Source of the DNA: Amoebophrya sp. A120
Lineage: Eukaryota; Protista; Dinoflagellata
Assembly: GCA_905178155.1 (NCBI GenBank)
Contig: CAJINV010000019.1
Span: 182,965-246,964 of the forward strand
Direction of reading: 5' to 3'
DNA length: 64,000 nucleotides
Shown: piece after piece, positions 1 through 12,484 of the stretch
Layout: each line of letters opens with the position of its first letter
Position numbering within the stretch: the stretch's first letter is position 1
Translations under genes and position numbers: made by a program
The notes under the pieces: generated by a model
Database searches by the model: none
Told to the model about the DNA's origin: nothing
What the model saw: the letters and a program-made list of their open reading frames with translations, nothing else

Positions 1-100
1 AAATGCTGTTCCTAAGGTGGATCCGCATTACAAATTTCATTTCTCATGCTGAGGGAATTTGTAATGCATTTATACGAGTACGAGAGTTTTGCGCAGGATA
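1..100. mobile_element. Introner family B, partial (right end only)
   Basis: Ends TACGAGTACGAGAGTTTTGCGCAGGATA, like other B copies. Confidence 0.8.
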
Positions 101-3100
101 GTAAATTTCCATGCGTATACCGAACAACTTGAGTTCGTCACGCACACACAGCATGGCACATATATTTCAACGAGCACCTCCTTCACACGTATTGAAAAAG
201 ACATTGATTAATCTTACTTGGCATCTCCGCGTTGGTCTCTTCAAAAAAGACCCTCAATAAAATCCCGCCCGCCGCACGCATCCTGCCCCGCTTCGAGGAT
301 AAGCACTGCCCCAACTCGCCCAATATGATGTTCGATCCCGTGCTCGTCACCTTCTGCAGCAATTTCCGCCCCGCCTCAACTGCGTCATCGATAAAGTCTG
401 CCTGGTCTTCGCTCGCCAAGGTTTCCAGAATTGGTTCTAACACGTCGGTGATATGGCGGTAAAACAAATGTTCGTCTTCCAACTTCGACAGGGTCGACAA
501 TCCGTACAATTGCGCCGCACTTTGCCACGGCGGCCCGGCTTTGGGTAGCGTTTCTAGAATCACCGGCAGAACCATGTTCGACTGCCGCTGCAGCAACTGT
601 TCCAGGCCGTCGAGACATCTCGTGTCGCCCTTGGACAAGCCCTTCAGCAAGCCAGTAATGATCGGATTCGTCGCGGAGGTTCCGACGGAAGAGTAGAGTA
701 ACGCCGCGACTTTCGAAGCGGCGTTGCGGACCGATTCGGAGTTGTCGCACAAAGCTTGTCTCACCGCGGGAACAAGCTCCGAAACGTAGTCGACGAGCAG
801 TTGGCGGGAGCAGTTGTTGATTAACTCTGTTAATCCAATACAGACACCCTCGCGGACCTGTAGACGAGGTTGATTTTATGTTCATTTTAATATGCGTGAT
901 GTTACTGTTTTCAGTGAAGCTCCTGTAGCTGCGCACGATACATAGCACTGTGAAGATTGTGTGCATGCATAAGTAAGACCTGTTTTCATCATCAGACTGT
1001 GTGATTCTTTGTAAGTACGTCGTCACTGAAGTTTATTCGGGAGTAGACCAGCCGCACCTGAAAAAGACCCAGCGGAGAACCCCTCCGACGGATCAACTTC
1101 GTGGTACAAGACTGGAAAAATCTCGAATTATCAGCATCTACTATCCAGGATCTGCTTCTGTCATCATGATGGTTCATCTCTTGTACCACTGCGGTGGTCA
1201 TCTGTGATCATGTGTGTACGGCACCGTGAATTAGAATTATCTCCCATGTTGAACAAGATGCTAAACCTAAAACGCGCATCATCAACAACACAAGTAAAAA
1301 TACCAATTCCGTGCTTCCGTCTGTCGTCAGTGCTTTGAAGAAGATCGGCATGAGTTCTGGCAACACTCTGTCGCCCAACTTCCCCACCAATTCTCCCACG
1401 CACCGACTTGCGCACACCTGTTTCTCCTTCGAAGCGGAGGCAAGCAAGTGGATCAGTCTTCGCATTAGAATCGGCAGTAACTCCCGGACGCACCGCGGCG
1501 TGTTCTGCACGAGTTGCTTCCAAGCCGACGTGGCCGCGTGCTTCACCGCACCAGACTCGTCGGATCGGACAATGTACAGGGAGGACAACACGTAAGCGCG
1601 ACGCTCCGGGGGCATTACCTGATTGTTTTTGATCATCATGATATCGTGGGTTCACGCAAGACAAATCTTCGACGTTTCGAACGTCGGGCGCCGATAAAGC
1701 TGTGATGCACACAATTACGCATGACAAGAAGCAAATGTCATGCCAAAACTGCATCCGAAGCTATAGCCCTTAAGTACCTCCGCGCTCATGAGATCCACGT
1801 TATTCGTATTCATCCGGTTCGCCTTCAGCACTGACTCAATCACGTTCATCAGCAGCAGCACGGACGCGTGGCGTATCCTGTAGTCCACCTCAAACAGCCC
1901 CTCCTCCAAAGGTGGCAAAATCAGCGCCGTGTAGGTCGCGCCAAACTGCTTGCAAATACTGCTCGCCGCGCGGAACGCGACATCCCGCACCGTTTGGTAC
2001 TCTTCCTGCATACCGCGCAGTAAGCCATCCAGCGCCCGTTGGAACCACTTCTCGAACGACTTCCCGCCCATCGTCAGGGGCAAGTAGACGAACAAGCCCA
2101 GGTACCCCTCCTTCACCTCTGGTGGGGTGTTTGGCGCCGCGGCAGTTTCTAACAAATCGGGTAAGAAAGCGTCGACTCGGTTGGCCCCGAGTGCCATCAA
2201 TACTTCCGACAAGCCGTGCGCCGCACCGGACCGTTCCACGGGGGATTCCTTGGATTTCAGCATGGTGAATAACCATGGAAGCAAATCGCCGAGTAATTCC
2301 TCCGGCAGACCCTGGGCGAGGGTGCCGAAGGCTTTGGCGGAGGTGGCGCGGACGTCCGGGATGGGGTCCACGAGGGTGATTTTTAGGGCTGGGAGGAGAA
2401 CCGGTAAGTGCGGTTGAATGTCCTTGGGCTCCTTGATAAGGAGAACCATGGAACCGATGATTTGGGCACCTGGAGGTGTGATAAAATTTATTTTTTTTTG
2501 AGCAGAGCCGTTTGTTCCAAATGCAAGAAGTGTTGATGCCCCCGCCCTGAAAAACAATCATCAACATCAAATTGCTGCAAGTCGCAACAATCAATGGACG
2601 AAGTACTTGGTTGTGCAGACTATTTTCAGAACAGCGGAGAAATGTTGTCAACAAACTGCAACTTCCGAAAAGTCCCAATTCAGTTCTGTTGAGCTTGAAT
2701 AGATGAGAAGTCATCATTCTCTTGTGTACTTTGTTTCCATCGATCTCATGCACAACCAATGAGAACCAAGCGCAGTCGGTGATGCTGATGCGTAAAGCGC
2801 AAAAATATAAACGTACCTTTCCTCTTCATTTCCGCACTTCTCTCGCGCAGGGCCCGCAAGACCAGTGGACACAGCAAAGCCAGCGACGGCGCGTCCACGT
2901 TGTGCACGAAACTGGTCGTCAGCAAGGAATCCAGCGCTTTTCTCGTGCTGTTCTCCGTCACGGTGGAGAGACAGGTCAATAACTGCGGCGCTAATTGCCG
3001 GATCTCCGGATTCGAGATCACTTGTCCCACGCGCTCCATCGCGAGTTTAGCCGCGTCTTTGACCTTGGCGTGCGTGTCGTTCACCACTTCCGCGAGGACT

Positions 3101-6100
3101 GGCACCACCTTGGGTAAAGACACCGCGAGCTGCTTCGGCGCACCTTGCACCATCGAGGCCAGCATTTCGATAGACGCCAGCTTCGTGCGCCACTGCTTGT
3201 CATCGATACCTAGAGTGAATATATGTGAAATTTTGATTTTTGTTGATCATGCCAAGAACATCAATTCTACGATGAACGGACACGAGTTTGCGATTTTTGT
3301 GCTGATCTTCATGCATATTTACATGGAATCGATCTGTATCTGATCTATGAAAAACTCAAAAAAAATCACTCCTCAGCCAGTTGTAACACGTAGTTGTACC
3401 TTCCAGCAAATGCGGCAGCACCAATTTGACTCCGTGCGCGCTCAAATTTCCCATAATCGCCTTGGCCGTCGACTGCGTCGCGGTCCGCACAATCGGCGCG
3501 GAATCCGCAAAAGCCTTCAACAAGATCGGCAATGTCGCGATCACATAGGGTTCAAACAACCGTCCGAGAGATCGCGTCAACCCCTCCAGGCACATGATCG
3601 CTCCCTGCTTCGCCTGGGAGTTTGACTGCTTGCCGTTAACGATCTGCTCGATCTTGCTCATAATGTCGAATTGCTTCAAGGTCTGGATCGACAACCCCTT
3701 GACCACCGCCCCAAGCGCCAACGCCGCGCCTCTTCTGACTGTCTCAACCTTATCGGTAAACGCGACGTCGAGCAGATCCAATAACTTCGATTCAATTGTC
3801 GACTTCGAGTCCAACGGGATATCGGGGTCGGAAGTCAGTTTCGCGTTCTTCTCCACTTGCAATTGCATCTTGATCAAGGGCGGCAGAACCTTCACGACGG
3901 CGAGTTGCATATGGATTGCAAATAGGTCTGGGTCTGGACTTGTAATGCTAAAAGTGAATGATAGACGCATTGCGATACGCAGCTATGCATGACAATTAAT
4001 TTGGCTGCCATGTCCTACGTATTCCGCATGGCAAACTTCGTTTTTGCATGACAGGTAAGAGGACTTTTTCGTGCCTATGCAACACAGATTCTCGAGTCAT
4101 ACCAAACAAGCATGACAAACTTGCACTCTTCCAGACCCAGACAATTTTGCATTTGATATTGCACCGAGTTGGACGATTTCGCGTCCAAACACTGGGTGAA
4201 TAACCTCGGTAAAATCGCCCTCGTGCTGTCCGAATTTGGGTTCAAAAACTTTCCCAGCGCGCCGGAAAAGACCGCGGACCCAAGTTGCGATCCCTCAGGA
4301 GTAATTGCCGCGATTTCCAACTCATCGACAATTTTCGCGAGTTTCTCCCCCTGTGATTCCCCCAACACCTCGATCAACGCGGTTCCCGACGCGATCAAAA
4401 GCTCCCGGAGGTCGCCGAAAAGTTGGATGGCCGGGTCGATTTCTTCCAGTTCGGGAGAAGATTTGTTTTCGTCCTTTTTGTCGTCCTTCTTCACAGACCG
4501 AACGTCTTCGATGGTAGATTTCTCCTTGACTTCCAAATCCTGCAAGCGGTCGTCGTGTAAAGCCACGTGCAGTAAGAATCGTAAGAAATCCTCCCCCGTC
4601 GTCCCGTCCGCAATGCTCGCGGGTGGAAGTTGCACGAGGTTGTTGTGAGACAAGATGTGTTTGAACAGCAAAACCAACCCGTATTTCGCGGTCCAGTATT
4701 GCTTGCGGTTGATCTCATCTAACTCCTCGATCTCCTTCTCCAGAGCGGACTTCGGCGCGTTGCTCCCGGTCAAAAACTTTTTCGCCTCGACCGCGGCCTT
4801 CTTGTCTTCCGCGAGTTTGTCCTTTTTGAGTTTCAAATTCAAATAGAACTCTTGCTGTTTCAGGATTTCGCTGGTATACGCTTGTTTCAAAATGTCGAAT
4901 GCATTCCGCACGTAGTCCTCATTCGTCTCGAGCGGTCGGCCCGTTTTGCACAAGGACTTGGCTTGGGTGTTAATTCTGTACTGCTTCTCTTGCACCAGTT
5001 CCAACAGTTTCAGCATCGCCAGCCCGCCGAGCTTCTGGATCTCCCGGGCTTCGACGATGGGGGCGGGGAGGATTCCCTTGATGATTTCCAGCAGGTCGGG
5101 AAGAACTGTCGTAGTTGCGTCAAGACTGTCGGTCAACCCGAACGATTCGTAAATTTCCGCGGCAAGGGACTGGTCGGATGAACTTGGGTTATTTTTACCA
5201 TCTGTATTCCCGTTTCGCATTCCGTCGTCTTCATCGTGGTTGTCGTTTCCAGCTGCACTTCCTCCCCCACTTCCAGCGCTTTCACAGAGCCCGATCAGCA
5301 AAACCGCGTGGAACGCTTGCCTCGCGGTAGTCGTCTTCATTACGTAATAGTTCTGCAGCAACGCCGCGATACCGGGGAGCAAAACTACCTTCCGTGCTTT
5401 CTCACTGCACTGCAGATACATCCTTGCTAGCTTCTTGCACTCCTTTTCCGTCGCCACTAACCGCTTGCAGATCACCTCCAGTGTGTCCTTGCAGTTCATC
5501 GCAATGCGGGGTAGTTTATAGATGCAGGAGAACAGCCCTTCAAGCAGGTTCATCCGGATCTCGGTCGTCAACAGCGTCAGTTGCGTTTCCGACACAATCG
5601 ACAACTGCCGCGCTAGGATTTGCAATGCGAGCGAGCAGAGAGACTCAGATTTACTGTCCGCCTCTTGCAGAATCTGGATCAAGACAGGGACGAGGAACGA
5701 AAACCCGCCGGCGGTCAGTGGATTTTCGTGACTCACGCCGTGGAGAAGTGTGAGGAGCTGGGATTGCTGCCGATCGTTGCTGTTTTCGCTACCTTCTTGC
5801 TCGTTCTCAGCAGTCGTGTTTTCATTCAGCAACTCTTCGCTTGTACTATCTCCTTCTCCCACAGCAGAGACTATCGCCGATCTGATGTCCACCAACGGCA
5901 GCGGCTTCACGTGCTTACATTTCACGTCCCGCGCGATCTCGTTTCGCGCGACGAGTTGCAGGATATCCGGTAGTATCAAATGCAAAAATGTCTGGGTCTG
6001 GAAGAATGCATGTTTGTCATGCTTGTCTGGCATGACTCTTAAATCTGTCATGCACGTTACCCACGCGCCCCATTTTTCTGTGACGCAGAAACGTCGTTTG

Positions 6101-9100
6101 TCATGCGGAATAGGCAACACCTAGAAGCTCAGAAACTTGTCATGCTGAGCCAGCACTTGTGGCCTCATCATGAGACGCCACCCAGCATCACAAGTTTCCA
6201 GACCCAGACATTTTTACATTTGATAGGTAGCAGACATCTTGTACTGATCACCTGCTTCGGCACCACGGATTGGCATCAAACGCAAAAATGTCTGGGTCTG
6301 GAAGAATGCAAATTTGTAATGCTCGTCTGGCATGACTCTTAAATCTGTCATGCACATTACCAAAGACCCCCACTTTTCTGTCATGCAGAAACGTAGTTTG
6401 TCATGCAGAATAGGCAACACCTAGAAGCTCAGAAACTTGTCATGCTGCGCCAGCACTTGTGGCCTCTTCATGATACGCCACCCAGCATCACAAGTTTCCA
6501 GACCCAGACATTTTTACAATTCATAATTGGACGAAGGAGCGGATCCGCGCGACGGTGGATAACGCGGTCAGTGGGGAACCTAACAGAATCACCAAAGAGG
6601 GTAAAAGCTCCGGCACGTGCTTTTCCAACAGAGAAATGGTCCCCCCGCTAGAAGTATTAAATGTAAAAATGTCTGGGTCTGGAAACTTGTGATGCTGGGC
6701 GGCGTCTCATGATGAGGCCACAAATGGTGGCTCAGCATGACAAGTTTCTGAGCTTCTAGTCGTGTTGCCTATTCTGCATGACAAACTGCGTTTCTGCATC
6801 ACAGAAAAAAAGAGCTCCTGGGTGCCGTGCATGACAGATTTAAGAATCATGCCAGACAAGCATGACAAACATCAATTCTTCCAGACCCAGACATTTTTAC
6901 AGTTGATAAGAAGTTGTCTGGGACTTTTGTGGGATGAAACTGAAGGAAGAAAACATATCCTGTGCAAAAGTATCGTACTCGTAGTAATTGCAGTTATGCA
7001 TTACAAACCTCTTTCTCATAGGCAAATCCGCATTACAAATTTAATTTGTAACGCTGGGCCAATTTGTATTTCAATTTATACTAGTACGATACTTTTGCAT
7101 TTCATAAAACAAGTCGAGCAGCAACTCCGCCTCCTGAATCGTGTAGCGCATCCTTTGTCTCAGTTGCAGCTGCTCCAATAACTTCATCTCATTCTGCTCT
7201 TCTTTTGAAAGCGCGCCTTTATTCTTCAACATGGTCGTCCCAGGTCCTGCCGCTGCCGCCTTCGCGGGTGCCGCTTTGGCTTTCGCTTTCGACTTTGGGG
7301 CTGCGGCAGATTTATTTCCTCCTGTCGCACCAGCCTTTGCGGTCGTCTTCGGAGCCGCTGCTGCAACTGAAACTACAGCCGGAGCTGCGTCGAGATCCGC
7401 TGATTTGATTTTCGCCTGTGTATGGACTGCAAAAGTATCGTACTCGTATAAATGCGTGACAAATTTCCTCAGCATGAGAAATAAAATTTGTAATGCAGAT
7501 TTGCATTGGGAACAAGATTTGTAACGCATGACTTGCATTTATACGAGTACGATACTTTTGCACAGGATACTGTGCAAGCCCAAGCGAATCTTCGGCGGAA
7601 TTATACTCGGAGTGAAACACCTCAGATTCGTTATTGAGAGGAAAAATCCCCCCTCCCCATATTGAAAAGGTATGTTTCCAAAAATTTGTGTTGCGGATTT
7701 GAGGTCAAAAATCACATCTGTCTTGCAAGAAGACAAGGGCAGAAGCTTCCGCCCCATTATGGAAGCGATTTGTCATGCTGTCTGGCCTAAAGGGGGGCCG
7801 TTTCTCATGCTGAACTACTAGACCCATACGCCCCTACCTAGTCTGGGGATCTGGCCGCAGTGCCTCTGTGCAATACAAAGCTGATTTGTGGCCACAAATC
7901 AGCATCACAAATTTCCGTTTTGATATGGGGAGAGGGGATTTTTCATTTTGATATTCGTCCTGGAAAAAGATCGCAATCGCGTCGGATTTGCTATCGAGGT
8001 TGATTCTGTCGCTGACTTGCTTCATCTTTAACTTCACCTGAGTCATCAAAGACTCCAAATGGTTTCTCGCCGACGGCTTGTACAGCGACGTGATCGCCCG
8101 GACCGCGCCGATTCTGAGCGGATTTTGCTGGAGAAAATTCATCATCTCAGAAGAGCTCCAATCCAGTTCTTCAGACGCGAGCGCGAGCGCCTGTAACCGC
8201 GGGAAGCAACTGTCAAAAAACACATCCGGGCTTTTGATGTTCGATTGGTTCAGTTTCTCTTCCACCAATTTCGTCACCAGCTGCCTCCCACCGATCAAAT
8301 GCAAAAATGTCTGGGTCTGGAAAATTTCTAGACCTGTCATGCATATTTTCCATGAGCCGTGATGTCTGTGATGCATGCCGTAGCATCACAGATTTTCAGA
8401 GCGCTTTGCGATACCTCTACCGCATGAGAAATGCCGTCTCCGCGTAGCACAAACTGGAGCCCTCTTGCTGGTCATGCAGTACAAATTTTTTCAGAATCCA
8501 GAGACAGCATTACATGTTTAGAATGTTCCAGACCCAGACATATTTACATTTGATACCACCGTTCCTCGGGCAAATCGCGGGGTGGAAAGCCAGTGCGAGG
8601 AGACACGCAGTCACATCCGGGAATTCTGCGGTGAAAGGGAGGCAGGCGGACAAAAGGTCTAAAACAATCGCGCGGAGAACAATGTCGGTTTGCGGGATGG
8701 AATTATTTCCCTCCTCGGGAGAAGATATCGAGCTAAAACTTCCTGCTCCGGTCGAAAGACTTGCATTTTTTCCATCCCCGCTTGACGCGGCCGTAGTACT
8801 ACTAGAAGTCGAACCAATCGAACTGGTGGGGAAAAGCGCGAAGTCCTTTCTTCCCAAAACTCTTTTGAACCCATACGACTCGTTCAGAATCGTCGTCCCG
8901 CGCAATTTCCCGTTCTCGAAGTGTTTCTGCCCGCCGAGAACTTGGGAATTTTTCTCCGAGGAAGTCTGCAACATGTGGTGAAATATTTGCACCAAACTGG
9001 TGGTGAAGTGATGGAAAAGCAAATCCAAGTCCGGCTTGCACGCGGGACTGATGGTTTTATCCTTCTCCGAAACCGCTGCGGACTTGACGAGTTTTTCTAA

Positions 9101-12100
9101 CAACGTTTTGAAAAACGGAACAGAATCCGAATTCGCGAACTGCGCGTTATTTCCGGCGTAGCTGCTGGACAATACAGCGAGAAATTGTTTCAAAACCGGG
9201 TTGGTTTTCATGTCGAGAAGTTTCTGCAAACTCTGCGGTTTCAGCACCGGTTTCTCGGAATCGACGACGATGTAGCCCTATCAAATGCAAAAATGTCTGG
9301 GTCTGCTGGAAGGTTGTAACTTGTGATGCTGTCTTTGGAAGGTAAAAAAAATCTGTATTGCATGACCGGCAAGAGGAGTTCAGTTTGCGCTACGCGGAGT
9401 GGGCGTTTCTCATGCGGAATACGCATCAGAGGGCCCTTTAAAAATCTGCGATGCTAGGTCATGCATTACAGGCCTCATGGGCTATGAAAAATAAGCATGA
9501 CAAATCTCAGAATCTTCCAGACCCAGACATTTTTGCGCTTGATAAGCCCTCTTCCGTCTCCGTACAGCTGGACGTTTCCAACGACGCGGCGGTCGGCTCG
9601 ATGAAGAGCTGCAAAGAGGTATTGTGAGGAAAAATGTCCCCACTCTAGAGTCAAGATGGAAAATCTGCTAGACAAATCAAACAGCTTTCGCTGTTTCGCA
9701 TGACAATTTTGCCCTCAAAATAGTGTGATCCTGGTTCGCTAGTTCAGCAGCATCACAGATCTAGGTCTAGCATATCATGCTGGTTCTAGCATCACAAACT
9801 CAAAAAGACGACTAGTAAATGCCTCTTATGGGGCTTCGCATAAGAAACTTTTTTGGCTGGCATTGCAGATTTGCATGACAACTCTGGGGTGGGGACGTTT
9901 TTACTCAGCATAAGAGGATTGCTTCGTCAACGTGAGGGGGAACCTGGTCGCGAGATCGAGCTTGCTTTCCACCACAGCCGTTTCCAGCACCGCGGAAAAA
10001 GCGGCGCACCAGAGGTCCTGGGGTGCGATGGTGTTGTTCAGTTTGAAGTTTTCCGGGTTCAGGAAAAAAGACTCCGTCGCATCGGTGAAGAGGGCAAGTT
10101 GCTCTTTCTTCCAGTCCTTTTTCAAGTTCACGGCAGCCTCAAGCGGCAACGCGAATACCAACGCGGAAAGCATCCCGGAACGGAGCGCGACCTTCAGAGT
10201 GGCGGACCACAGGGTTGCGTTGATGATGATGTTTTCCTTCACCCAATCTTGAAAGGGAGACAGATCGTAGAGAATGGAGGTCTGCTTTTCTTGGGTACTA
10301 CTAGTTGTGCCGTTGTTTTTACTCCGTTTCGCGACCATCTCCGCTGGGGATATTGATGTTGGTCTACCTGTTTTTACAACTACCAATCCATTCACGCAGG
10401 CGGCCTTAATTGTGTCCTTCTTCTCGTTTGCTAGAACCTTCTTGATCACGTCCAAGACTGGTTGTGTCACCTGTTTTCGCTTGTCAAGAGAGCTGCTATC
10501 GGATTTGTCACCGAAGACGACCAAGTTCGCCAAGTTCACGATCAAGCCGCAATTTTTGATCGCCAACAGCCTCAAATCTTCGCTCATGCCCGGGCCGGTG
10601 GCTTCTTTCAGAAGCAGGCTGGTGGAGGTGGTGGCGCCGTTGACGAGAAGGGACTTGAAAGTGGTGACTTTTTCCAGGAACATGGTGTTGAAACAGGATA
10701 CAAGAAGTTGTGCCTGATGTAGTTGTTGTTCCTTATTTTGCTGTTCCTGTACATCACCGCCTGAACTACAAGCAGTCATTTTATACAGCACGCTCCCGAT
10801 CATCTTGGCCAGCATCTTGCTCCCCATCGTCAGCGCCGCAATCTTGTCCTGCGCCGGCGCGGTGTTTTTCGTGGTGAGGAGGGTGAAAACGTGATCGAGA
10901 ACGGCGGAGGTTCTAGGAAAGGTCGCTTTGTCCTCCTTCGCATCAGCCAGTGTTGCTTGTTCCGCGACCGCTTCGGACACTCGGGTACAGAATTCCCGCT
11001 GCTTCACGTGCAGCGAATGGGAGGTCGTGAGGAACTCGGAAAGCGTTTTGACGAATTCTTCTGACACTGACGTGCCTTTATTCGCGTTTTCATGCAAGTG
11101 GAACAACAATTCACACCCGCAAATTTCCATTAATCGCATGATGCAGCCCCCCGCCGTCTCCGGCTGCCTCTTCAGCATTCTGTTGCAGGTTTGCAGTAGC
11201 TTCTGGATTTCACCTGCTGGTTTGGAAGAAACAAGTTGCGCTTTCAACATGCTGCATACCCCGTCGACAACAGCGGGGTAAGAAGTGGCTGTGCTGGTGG
11301 TTTTCGCTTCTTCGAGCAGCTGTTTCTGGAGAAAGTCGCAGACCGGCTCGATGAAGTTATTCGTAGTGGTATTATCGCGACTCGTCAACAGCCCACCGAG
11401 CACCGCCGCGCCTGAAACCGCCTGCAAGGATCCTGCTGCGCTTATCAAAAGGAAAACTCCCCCCTCCCCATATCAAGAAAGAGCTTCTAACGCAGGATCT
11501 GCGTACACAAATCAGATTTGTCTTGCTGGAGAGGAACGCAGGCCCTTCCTAGGCCTAAGTCGAGCGGTTTTGGCCTAGGCGTCTAGCACGAGAAACGTCC
11601 ACGCTGTAGGCCCATGAGCATCACAAACCGCCTGCACAATGCTGCGGAGCTTGTGGAGTTGCCTTCTTGCAAGACAAAGGTGATTTGTGACCTCAAATCA
11701 GCAACACAAATTTTGGTGGAGCCATGCCTTTTCGATATGGGGAGAGGGAGTTTTTCCTTTCAATAGCGGTCGTGGTCGCCGCGAGCGCGTTTTTTCCGAT
11801 CACCGCAAAGCCGGCCTCGATAACTTTCTTCTGCGAAAAAAATTTCTCCTGGACCACCTTCCACTTCTTCTTCCACCTTCCCGTGGAGGTTCCGGCCTTG
11901 TTGGACAAACAGTACCGCATGAACAGTTGCAGGACTTTGGATAATCGGTTGGAGTCGATCTTTTCGACCACAGAACAAGAAGTCGCTGATGTGGCTGAAC
12001 TTCTACCCGCGATCATTTTCGTCAACATGTACAGGCCCAACACCAACGTCCTGCAGTCCCTTCCCACCTTGATCAATCGGTCCAAGAAGCAGTTGACACT

Positions 12101-12484
12101 CGTTTCGTTCGGAGGTAATATCCTCGCAATCTTGTCCACGAGCAGATACTGCAAATTCCGGGAATCAGAGCTCGCTCTCGGCAGAGCAGCCGCGGTGAAA
12201 TCCAGAAGCGCATCCTGCAGCGCTTTGGAGATGGTGTGTTGTTCTTGCGATAATTTGGCGTTTACTTTCGGGCATGTTATCAGCTTCGCGTACAGCACGC
12301 TATCACTGACGTTGTCCCCCCCGACAACTTGCTCGGCATCCTCGCCGCTGTTCGGTGCACCCTCGGCGAGGAACTTTTTCAAATTGGTTAAGGCCTTGCC
12401 GGTGGTGGCGCCCTGGACGGCGAGGGTTGCGGCTTGGAGCAGCGCGATCCTCGCACTGTCGTCTTCTAGAGTGATGCCGTCCAT
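1..12484 (-). CDS. GCN1: Translational activator GCN1 (HEAT-repeat, eIF2-alpha kinase GCN2 activator); multi-exon, 3' end runs off the window
   Basis: Spliced exons give GCN1-like motifs RGAALALGAVVKG, LGRLFEPYVI, GIDDKQWRTK, FVHNVDAPSLALL, LVDPIPDVRATSAKAFG, VERSGAAHGLSEVL, REGVCIGLTELI. Canonical GT-AG introns at 858-1303, 1619-1777, 2470-2816, 3210-3399, plus 11 complete introners between 3910 and 11765. ATG at 12484. Confidence 0.93.
3910..4158. mobile_element. Introner family A (TIR consensus TATCAAATGCAAAAATGTCTGGGTCTGGAA)
   Basis: TIR pair; TSD TTGCA/TTGCA. Confidence 0.9.
5974..6225. mobile_element. Introner family A (young subfamily A1)
   Basis: TIR pair; TSD GGTAG; excision restores ..RCLLPDILQ.. 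Confidence 0.95.
6274..6525. mobile_element. Introner family A (A1)
   Basis: TSD ATTGG; near copy of 5974-6225. Confidence 0.95.
6655..6908. mobile_element. Introner family A (A1, opposite orientation)
   Basis: TSD AGAAG. Confidence 0.95.
6956..7106. mobile_element. Introner family B (TIR consensus TATCCTGTGCAAAAGTATCGTACTCGTA)
   Basis: TSD AAACA. Confidence 0.93.
7421..7569. mobile_element. Introner family B
   Basis: TSD CTGTG. Confidence 0.93.
7632..7953. mobile_element. Introner family C (TIR TAT-N7-AAAAATCCCCCCTCCCCATAT)
   Basis: TSD TTCGT. Confidence 0.92.
8293..8555. mobile_element. Introner family A
   Basis: TSD CCACC. Confidence 0.93.
9279..9544. mobile_element. Introner family A
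   Basis: TSD AGCCC. Confidence 0.93.
9620..9912. mobile_element. Introner family D (TIR consensus TATCCTGAGTAAAAACGTMCCCAC..AGAGT)
   Basis: TSD AGAGG. Confidence 0.9.
11443..11765. mobile_element. Introner family C
   Basis: TSD GCGCT/GCGGT (1 mismatch). Confidence 0.9.

Noticed and set aside
4075-6120. 681-aa ORF as a stand-alone gene
   Set aside because: It is one GCN1 exon (about 4159-5973) with read-through into the flanking introners.
5974-6908. Recurring ~30-bp repeats separated by unique sequence, resembling a CRISPR array
   Set aside because: The repeats are inverted pairs (TIRs) with TSDs, the spacers are GCN1 exons, and there are no cas genes.
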